From an uncultured Candidatus Sumerlaeota bacterium (lineage in GTDB: Bacteria; CAYMEV01): a DNA stretch of 53,832 bases. Location of the stretch: assembly GCA_964389675.1 (NCBI GenBank), contig CAYMEV010000023.1, forward strand, positions 1-53,832, in the 5' to 3' direction. The notes under the pieces were generated by a model that was not told the DNA's origin, did no database searches, and worked only from the letters and a program-made list of their open reading frames with translations. The position numbers were made by a program, and so were the translations under genes. This document shows positions 46,643 through 53,832 of the stretch, in pieces (the stretch's first letter is position 1; every line of letters begins with the position of its first letter).

Positions 46643-48121
46643 ATGAGCGGTAAAAAGATTATTGTGATCGGTGCCGGGCTTGGCGGGATCTCTGCGGCAA
46701 TAATGCTGAGGATAAATGGCTATGATGTTGTAATACATGAAAAGAACGATAAGATCGGAGGCAAGCTGAATACAATAAGCAGTCAGGGCTATACATTTGA
46801 TCTGGGGCCATCCATACTTACACTGCCGCACTACTTCAGCAGGCTTTTTGAAGCCTCAGGCAGAAAAATGGAGGATTATATAAAAATAAACAAAGTACGC
46901 CCCCACTGGAGGAATTTCTTTGAAGACGGCACAGTAATAGACCTTGACCCTGACATGGAGATAATGGAAAAACAGCTTTCAAAATTCGGCCCTGACACCT
47001 TTGCACAGTTCAGGGAATTCCTTGACTACTCTGAGAAGCAGTATGATCTGATTGAGAAGGGATATTTTGAAGAAGGGCTGGATAATACCATTGATTTCAT
47101 GAAATTCTACAGCCTCTCCACTTTTTTCAGGATTGATTTTCTCCACAGCATGCATACAGGCGTTGCAAAACATATCAGCAATCCCTATCTGGTGGATATC
47201 ATGGACTTTTTTATAAAATATGTCGGGTCTTCAGCATATAATGCCCCCGGCTTCATGAACCTTATGCCCACCATACAGTTCAGGTATGACCTGTGGTATG
47301 TACCCGGAGGCTTATACAATATAGCATCGGGCTTTGACAGATACATGAAGGAGCTCGGGATCGAAATCAGGCTTAACAGCGAAGTAAAAGCCATAAAAAC
47401 ACACAACGGCAGGGTAACTGCCGTTGAGACAGCAGACGGTACTGATGAAGCTGATTTCATTGTCTGCAATATGGAGGCAATACCTGCCTACAGGATGCTC
47501 CTTAAGGAGGATGAGTCCTTCCTGAAAAAGCTCAGGCGGTTTGAACCGGCATGCTCGGGGCTTGTCCTTGATATCGGCCTTGACACTCAGTATCCCCAGC
47601 TTGGGCATCACAATTTTGTATTCTCAGGCAATCAGAAGGAGCATTTCAATACAGTCTTCAACAAAAAAAGGCTTCCCGAGGACCCCACCATCTACCTGGT
47701 CGATGCATCAAAATCGGATCCATCTGTAGCCCCTGAAGGCTGTTCAGGCCTGAAGATACTGCCCCATATACCCTATATTGATGAGAAAAATCCCCTGACC
47801 AGGGATGAATATGTCAGCTATAAGGAAAAGATACTGGATAAACTGGAAAGGACAGGGCTGAAGGACCTGAGAAAGCATATAGTATATGAACATATCCTGA
47901 CCCCTCTTGACATTCAGGAGATGTATTATTCCAACGGGGGCTCAATATACGGTGTCGTATCAGACACAAGGAAGAACCTTGCATTCAAAATCCCCAAAAA
48001 AAGCAGAAAATACAGCAACCTCTACTTTACAGGCGGAAGCGTGAACCCGGGGGGAGGGATGCCCATGGTCATTCTCTGCGGCCAGAATGTCTGCAAAAAG
48101 ATAATTGAGGATGACAGATAG
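46643..48121 (+). CDS. crtP: Diapolycopene/diaponeurosporene oxidase (CrtP/CrtNb)
   Basis: GAGLGG, GGKLN, FDLGPSILT, FFIKYVGSS, NME.IPAY..LL, FEPACSGLV, GSIYGVVSD, GGSVNPGGGMPMV. Confidence 0.82.
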   Translation: MSGKKIIVIGAGLGGISAAIMLRINGYDVVIHEKNDKIGGKLNTISSQGYTFDLGPSILTLPHYFSRLFEASGRKMEDYIKINKVRPHWRNFFEDGTVIDLDPDMEIMEKQLSKFGPDTFAQFREFLDYSEKQYDLIEKGYFEEGLDNTIDFMKFYSLSTFFRIDFLHSMHTGVAKHISNPYLVDIMDFFIKYVGSSAYNAPGFMNLMPTIQFRYDLWYVPGGLYNIASGFDRYMKELGIEIRLNSEVKAIKTHNGRVTAVETADGTDEADFIVCNMEAIPAYRMLLKEDESFLKKLRRFEPACSGLVLDIGLDTQYPQLGHHNFVFSGNQKEHFNTVFNKKRLPEDPTIYLVDASKSDPSVAPEGCSGLKILPHIPYIDEKNPLTRDEYVSYKEKILDKLERTGLKDLRKHIVYEHILTPLDIQEMYYSNGGSIYGVVSDTRKNLAFKIPKKSRKYSNLYFTGGSVNPGGGMPMVILCGQNVCKKIIEDDR

Positions 48122-48136
48122 CAAAAAAAAATAAAT

Positions 48137-49249
48137 ATGGCTGAACTATCTTTAGTATTCCAGGCAGTATCATTTCTGCTCTGGCTTTTTGCATTCTGGT
48201 TCCTGTTCAGGATACCGGCCTGCAGGGCCAGTGAAAGCAGGATCAGATATCCCTCAGTCTCCCTGATAATACCTGCAAGGAACGAGGAACACAATATAGG
48301 CGGGCTTCTTGACTCTATCAGCTCACAGCCCTCAGGGCCGGATGAAATAATTGTCGTAAACGACCATTCAACAGACCGCACAAAAGAGATCAGCCTTGAA
48401 AAGAAGGCAGAAGTGCTTGACGCAGAAGAGCTTCCCTCTGGCTGGCTTGGAAAGCCCTGGGCATGCATGCAGGGAGCATTGAAGGCAAAGGGCGAGATCC
48501 TGATGTTCCTGGATTCGGATACCAGGTTCTGCAAAAACGGCTATGAGAAGATACTGCAGACCTTTCAGCGTCTCTCCTCCCAGGAAAAGACCGCCATGTC
48601 CGTATCCCCCTACCATGCAGTAGAAAAGCCCTATGAACAGCTCTCCCTCATGTTTAATATTATCATGACAGGCTCCCTGAACGCCTTTACCCCGCTGAAA
48701 AATGCAGAGCCTTCAGGCCTTTTCGGCCCCAGCCTCATTGTCAGAAAAGATGATTACTTCAGTATCGGTGGCCATGCCTCTGTAAGGGACAGGATACTTG
48801 AGAATGTGTTCATAGGCGAAAAGTTCAGGGATAATAATATCAGTATCAGATGCTTCGGCGGAAGCTCTTCCCTCTCATTCCGCATGTATCCTGACGGTAT
48901 CCCGGCCCTTGTAAAAGGCTGGGCAAAGGCCTTTGCATCCGGTGCCTCAAAGGCCCCGATCATTATACTCCTTGATATAATCGCCTGGATATCAGCCGGA
49001 TTCATAATAGCAATTTTTCTGATCTTATCAGCATTCAGCCATTTTAACCCGATATTATGGCTTATCCTTTATCTTCTATATACTGCCCAGCTCTACTGGA
49101 TGGGAAGAAGGACAGGCTCCTTCAGCCTGCTTTCAGCCCTTCTTTTCCCGGTTCACCTGGTCTTTTTCTGCTCTGTTTTCTTTCTGTCCCTTTATTACCA
49201 GCTTTCAGGAAGGGCAGTAAAGTGGAAATCCAGAAAGATAAAAAGATAA
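48137..49249 (+). CDS. crtQ: GT2 glycosyltransferase (4,4'-diaponeurosporenoate glycosyltransferase)
   Basis: IIPARNEE, VNDHSTDRT, GWLGKPWAC, FLDSD, FRMYP.G...L..GW.K, C-terminal TMs and WK.R. Confidence 0.8.
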   Translation: MAELSLVFQAVSFLLWLFAFWFLFRIPACRASESRIRYPSVSLIIPARNEEHNIGGLLDSISSQPSGPDEIIVVNDHSTDRTKEISLEKKAEVLDAEELPSGWLGKPWACMQGALKAKGEILMFLDSDTRFCKNGYEKILQTFQRLSSQEKTAMSVSPYHAVEKPYEQLSLMFNIIMTGSLNAFTPLKNAEPSGLFGPSLIVRKDDYFSIGGHASVRDRILENVFIGEKFRDNNISIRCFGGSSSLSFRMYPDGIPALVKGWAKAFASGASKAPIIILLDIIAWISAGFIIAIFLILSAFSHFNPILWLILYLLYTAQLYWMGRRTGSFSLLSALLFPVHLVFFCSVFFLSLYYQLSGRAVKWKSRKIKR

Positions 49250-49262
49250 TGGAAGGCTTATT

Positions 49263-49766
49263 ATGCTGATAGAACTTTCTCCAGGATGGATAATAATCCT
49301 GAACATCATTCTTCTTTTCCTTCTCCATATATCAACAGCTTATCTAATAACAAGCCTCCCCGGAAAAGCCTTCGATCCATTATCGTGGCTGTACAGGGAA
49401 AGGAAATGGGAAAAGGACGGCAGGGTCTATGAAAGCCTTTTTAAGATAAAGGCATGGAAAGGCATGCTTCCGGACGGCGCTGCACTGTTCAGCAGGGGAT
49501 TTGCAAAAAAGCATCTTCTTTCTTTTGATACTGAATATTTACACTCCTTTATAACTGAAACATGCAGGGGCGAACTGGCACACTGGCTTGTAATCGTATT
49601 ATCCCCTCTATTCTTTATATTCAACTGGTGGTGGGGAGGCATCATCATAGTAGTGTACTCGCTTTTCGCCAGCCTGCCCTGTATAATGACACAGAGATAC
49701 AACCGCATAAGGTTTATAAAAATGCTGGCTAAGAAAGCATCCGCCCCCGGGGTGCCTGTAAAATAA
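49263..49766 (+). CDS. crtO: Glycosyl-4,4'-diaponeurosporenoate acyltransferase
   Basis: WE..G..YE..FKIK.WK..LPDGA, F.KKHL, FI.ETCRGELAHW, LPCIMTQRYNR.R. Confidence 0.8.
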   Translation: MLIELSPGWIIILNIILLFLLHISTAYLITSLPGKAFDPLSWLYRERKWEKDGRVYESLFKIKAWKGMLPDGAALFSRGFAKKHLLSFDTEYLHSFITETCRGELAHWLVIVLSPLFFIFNWWWGGIIIVVYSLFASLPCIMTQRYNRIRFIKMLAKKASAPGVPVK

Positions 49767-49776
49767 AGCTCCGGCG

Positions 49777-52700
49777 CTACTTTAGATAAGAAAGCAGGAC
49801 ATCATACAGCGGGCCTGAGGAATCAAGCCTGAGCCTCTGGTACTTTTCCACAAGGGCAGGCTTTTCCCCACCTGCAATATCTTCATATCTGCGGAATACG
49901 AAGAACTCTGCTATCGCCCGGATGTTTGCATCAGTCTCTATGCATGACAAAAGGCCTCTGCCCTTTTCCAGGCCAGATAGCCCGCCTCCTCTATCCAGAT
50001 TATAAAAGATAATTTTAAGCAGATCAAGCTCTTCTATCAGTGCAGGGTCATAGTTCTTTTCCCTCATGAAGGCAATGGTTGTGTTCAAAAACCTTGAACC
50101 CTTCATGTACATGCCCTTCAAACCGCACAGCAGGGTCCTGTATATCAGGCACTCATACACATAATCATTTATTTCGGCCTTCACTGACATTTTCTGGTAT
50201 TTTTTCAGGTATTTTTCTGCACTGGCATAATCCCTTTTTATTAAGGATAATATGCCTGTCATAAAGCCTGAATAGCAGATCCCCTCAACATAGTTCATCT
50301 CTATGGCTTCTTTTTCTGCCAGGATGGACAGTTCCATTGCTTTGTCGTATTTTCCCAGTTTATAATAGATCTCTATCTTGGTAAACACCAGCTTGATCTC
50401 AGCATACCTGAAATAAAACTCATTCAGCAGTTTTTGAGCTTTATCTATCTGACTCAGGGCTTTCTTAAAATCCTTTTCAGCTGTCATATAATAGCGCGCT
50501 GACAATTCCAGAAACTGTATCAAAGCATACTTTTTACCTGACTTTTTAGCAATGGTATAATACCTGTCCAGGTGCTTCTTCGCTTTATCAAATTCTCCCC
50601 TGTAAAAATATATCACAGAGAGGTTTGCATCATCCGGTCTGATCTTTTTGAGCTCTGCAGACATATTAAAACAGGCCAGGGCTTCATCCACTTCATGGCG
50701 GAATAAAAGATTCACTGCCCTGGAATGGTAAATAATACTGAGCATTTTTTTATCCTGTTTTTTTGATGCTATTTCCAATGCTTTTTCAATGAGATTCTCA
50801 CCCTTCTCGACCTCATTTGTAATATTATAGAAATATGCGGTATTTATAAGGATATCACAAAGTATCTCCAGGTTCTCAGCTTTCTCCATGATACTGATAA
50901 AATCCCTGTATAAAAGTATGCCTTCCTTAAAAAGGCCGATAAACCTCATTAACTGCATATTCTCATTGATCGCCATAAGGATTTCTGTTTCATCAGCCCT
51001 GATAAATATAAGAAGCTCCAGAACCTTTTTATAGCAATTCAATGCTTCCCTGGCGCTTATGCCATTCAGGTAATATTCTGATGCCTTTTTGTAATATTGT
51101 ATGGCATCCCTGTATTTTTCGCTGATCTCCAGGTGCCTGGCTATATCATAATAATATGCAGGATTGTCCTTATAGGTACTGATATAGGAATCTGCCGCGA
51201 TCCCATGCAGTCTTTTTAGCTCTCTTTTTAGCTGGATCTGGTATACCGTATCCCTTATAAGAGAATTTGAGAACATGTATATCAAAAGGGATGCAGGCTT
51301 CCAGATATTCTTGCTTGTACCCTGTTTCAGCACTTTCTTATCCCCTATTTTCTGCCTGGCTATCATGGAAAGAAGAATGCCTGCCTCAAACCTGTATCCC
51401 AGCACACTTGCATTCCTGACGCTTTTTTTCAAAGCCCTTGACAGTTTATCTATCTGTGAAAGGATTATCGACTGAATGGAACCCGGTATCTCCAGATTTC
51501 CTTTTTTAAGCTTATTATCGGCATCAAGCAGTTCATTCTCCTTTATATATGAGGCCAGGGCCAGCAGGAACAAGGGGTTGCCCTCTGACCTGCTGTATAT
51601 ATGGTCAATGGCCTCTTCAGAGCATTCCGATGAGATAATATTCTCTATCAGCTTCCTTGAACTCCGCCTGTTCAGGCCCTTTAGCCTGATCTCAACTATT
51701 CTGTTCCTGAGGTATTTATCATTTATGCTGCCCCTTCCTGAGAAAATTAAAGCAAATCTGCAATCTCCGGCTGAACCCAGAAAGAAGTTTAAGAACTGAA
51801 GCGTATCAGCATCCAGCAGATGACTATTATCAATGCACAGGACAAACGGATCACCCCGGGCCTGTGATACAAGAAATACCTTAAGGCTGTTTAGTATGGA
51901 TTCATGGCGGATATTAGCATCCAGGCCGAGTATATCATCCCTCTGTATATCTATATCCAGCAGGAAGGCTATAAAGGGCTTTGACCTTAAAATCTCATCC
52001 CTTAATTCAATATTGCTGTCTGCATTAATAAGTTCATCATATATCCTTAAGAAACTCTGCTTCTTTTCTTTTTCATCCTGCCCCGGCATTTGCCTGAAAT
52101 GCTCCTCAAGAAGCGATATTAGAGGATGGAACGGAAGCCTGTCAAGGCTGCTGCATACCATCTCTACCCATTTAATACCTCTGTCAAGGCTCTCCTTCAA
52201 AGCACTCAGCAATCTGCTCTTGCCTGCCCCGGTACCCCCTGTAATCATGCTTATCTTCTTCAGCTTCCCATCCAGGGTCCTCATTACATTTGATCTCAGT
52301 CTCCTTAATTCAGCTTCCCTTCCTACAAAAACACTGATGTGATGATCCTCGGTATCAATGCCTTTTTCTGACAGCCTGTAAACCCCGATCATTTTCTTAA
52401 ACCCCTTTACCTTCTCCTCAGCAACGAATTTAGATGCAAAATGCCTCCTTATCCTTTTTGATGTTTCTTCATCCATATATACCCTGTCAGAAGGGCACAT
52501 CACCATAAGCCTTGAAGCAAGATTTACCTTGGTACCAAGGCAGGAGAAGTCTGATCGGGCCTTTGAACCGTAAAACCCTGCAAACACGACCCCGGTAGTC
52601 ATCCCGCATCCAATCCTGCTTTTATTGAATACAGCCTGCCTGATGCTCTTAATGAAATTAACAGCCCGCATTTCATTATCCTCATAGGATACTGGGCTTC

Positions 52701-53544
52701 CAAAAAATACCAGTATGCAGTTTCCTTTATCACCTGAAATAAATCTTGGCGTGCTCCCTCCATAGTATTCCTGGTATTTCACTATTGCTTTCAGCATATC
52801 AATGCTGGCCTGAGTAAAATCAAAAGATATAAATACAGTCGTAATGTCCCTGAATTCCCCCTTCGGAAAATTAATGACCTCATCCGGATAGAAACCTGAG
52901 AGGCATTTTCTGGATAAGGGCCTGACCCTGTACTTATCTTTGCTTACGCTGAATGGCTTGATGCCCAGGATCCTTAATACACCTGATGACCTTCTGAGAG
53001 CAGAATACTCTATAAACCCTTTCAATCTTTTCAGCATACCCTGATCAGCAAGGATATTACCCCTTCCTGCATGCTTTGCCAGCCTGTAGACCTTCTCCAG
53101 CGCACTCCCAAAGAAATAATAATGGTAGAACCTGTCATGCCTGAATATATGCCATCCGAGATCCCCCTCTGCAATGCATATCTTTGCATTGATATCTGTA
53201 AGTCTCTGACTGCTGCTGATCATCTCCTTCATTTCAGCCCCGGCTCTAAGCATTCTTAAAGCAGTACTCTCATTTTCCTTCTCTTCAAACACGGCGGTAA
53301 ATGAATCCCCTTCAAACCCTGCAATAGAACCGCCATATGAATATACGATATCAACCAGCGGGTCATATATCTCCTCAAGCAGGTCTGAAAGGATCTCAGC
53401 CCCCTCGCTCCCCCTGGTCATAAGCTCTTCAGTGATCCTGGTAAAACCGCTTATATCCAGAAACAGCACGGATGCTTCAAGGCTTCCTGAGTATTTACCA
53501 TGATTAAGCCTGTCAATTATAAATTTTGGCAGAATATTCTTCAT
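49777..53544 (-). CDS. Cyclase - STAND ATPase - TPR protein, paralogue 4 (most divergent)
   Basis: Start MKNILPKF; FLDISGFT, FEGDS, GDKG, DFSCLGTKVNLASR; GGTGAGKS; LCIDNSHL; GNPLF; degenerate TPRs. Confidence 0.88.
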   Translation of the reverse strand: MKNILPKFIIDRLNHGKYSGSLEASVLFLDISGFTRITEELMTRGSEGAEILSDLLEEIYDPLVDIVYSYGGSIAGFEGDSFTAVFEEKENESTALRMLRAGAEMKEMISSSQRLTDINAKICIAEGDLGWHIFRHDRFYHYYFFGSALEKVYRLAKHAGRGNILADQGMLKRLKGFIEYSALRRSSGVLRILGIKPFSVSKDKYRVRPLSRKCLSGFYPDEVINFPKGEFRDITTVFISFDFTQASIDMLKAIVKYQEYYGGSTPRFISGDKGNCILVFFGSPVSYEDNEMRAVNFIKSIRQAVFNKSRIGCGMTTGVVFAGFYGSKARSDFSCLGTKVNLASRLMVMCPSDRVYMDEETSKRIRRHFASKFVAEEKVKGFKKMIGVYRLSEKGIDTEDHHISVFVGREAELRRLRSNVMRTLDGKLKKISMITGGTGAGKSRLLSALKESLDRGIKWVEMVCSSLDRLPFHPLISLLEEHFRQMPGQDEKEKKQSFLRIYDELINADSNIELRDEILRSKPFIAFLLDIDIQRDDILGLDANIRHESILNSLKVFLVSQARGDPFVLCIDNSHLLDADTLQFLNFFLGSAGDCRFALIFSGRGSINDKYLRNRIVEIRLKGLNRRSSRKLIENIISSECSEEAIDHIYSRSEGNPLFLLALASYIKENELLDADNKLKKGNLEIPGSIQSIILSQIDKLSRALKKSVRNASVLGYRFEAGILLSMIARQKIGDKKVLKQGTSKNIWKPASLLIYMFSNSLIRDTVYQIQLKRELKRLHGIAADSYISTYKDNPAYYYDIARHLEISEKYRDAIQYYKKASEYYLNGISAREALNCYKKVLELLIFIRADETEILMAINENMQLMRFIGLFKEGILLYRDFISIMEKAENLEILCDILINTAYFYNITNEVEKGENLIEKALEIASKKQDKKMLSIIYHSRAVNLLFRHEVDEALACFNMSAELKKIRPDDANLSVIYFYRGEFDKAKKHLDRYYTIAKKSGKKYALIQFLELSARYYMTAEKDFKKALSQIDKAQKLLNEFYFRYAEIKLVFTKIEIYYKLGKYDKAMELSILAEKEAIEMNYVEGICYSGFMTGILSLIKRDYASAEKYLKKYQKMSVKAEINDYVYECLIYRTLLCGLKGMYMKGSRFLNTTIAFMREKNYDPALIEELDLLKIIFYNLDRGGGLSGLEKGRGLLSCIETDANIRAIAEFFVFRRYEDIAGGEKPALVEKYQRLRLDSSGPLYDVLLSYLK

Positions 53545-53768
53545 AATAATATATAACACAAATATACCACTAATGCGGATAAAACCTAAATAAAAACATT
53601 ATGCGCCCAAGCCTGTATTCTCTAAAGACCTCACAGACTTTTTAGCTTTAACGCGAGGATAATTGTATTGATCGTGTATTATACCATCAGTGTATTATTC
53701 TATCTCATTACCATTGCCTAAATGACCCTGGGCCAGCACTGGCAATAAAATTCCTGCTTCCCCCAGGT

Positions 53769-53801
53769 AAATAAAAATGGGCAGAGTTTCCCCTGCCCAT
53801 T
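53769..53801 (-). terminator. Intrinsic terminator of a minus-strand gene lying beyond the window edge
   Basis: Minus strand: AATGGGCAGGG-GAAA-CTCTGCCCATT followed by TTTATTT. Confidence 0.7.
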
Positions 53802-53832
53802 ATATCTTTATTTAGATTAAAACAGCCACTGT

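Noticed and set aside
1315-53259. Numerous 60-170 aa antisense or alternate-frame ORFs in the track
   Set aside because: Nested within well-supported genes, with no motifs; consistent with shadow ORFs

Overview
Bacterial chromosomal window (moderately AT-rich, probably an uncultured anaerobe; taxonomy cannot be fixed from the sequence) with about 33 genes. I found no rRNA, tRNA, CRISPR array, transposase or integrase. The most striking feature is four dispersed paralogues (1255-1388 aa) of a soluble-adenylyl-cyclase-like protein: tandem class III cyclase domains, a STAND/AAA ATPase, then 40-aa TPR arrays. Their catalytic residues are intact, their base-selecting positions have diverged and their TPR counts vary, which resembles an expanded family of NLR-like cyclic-nucleotide receptors. 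The window also holds a C30 carotenoid operon (DUF2141-crtN-aldH-crtP-crtQ-crtO) with no crtM, a tdh-kbl operon, an atypical metG and a long KamA-like radical SAM enzyme. Other genes include an APC permease-EIIA fusion, two Thr-motif sulfatase-like paralogues and two secreted proteins sharing a 7-repeat FG-GAP-like C-terminal module. A nucleotidyltransferase sits beside a small partner protein. An AAA/DUF4143-type gene lies between an intact VOC gene and a decayed copy of that gene's 5' end. All calls come from reading motifs by eye; no searches were run.
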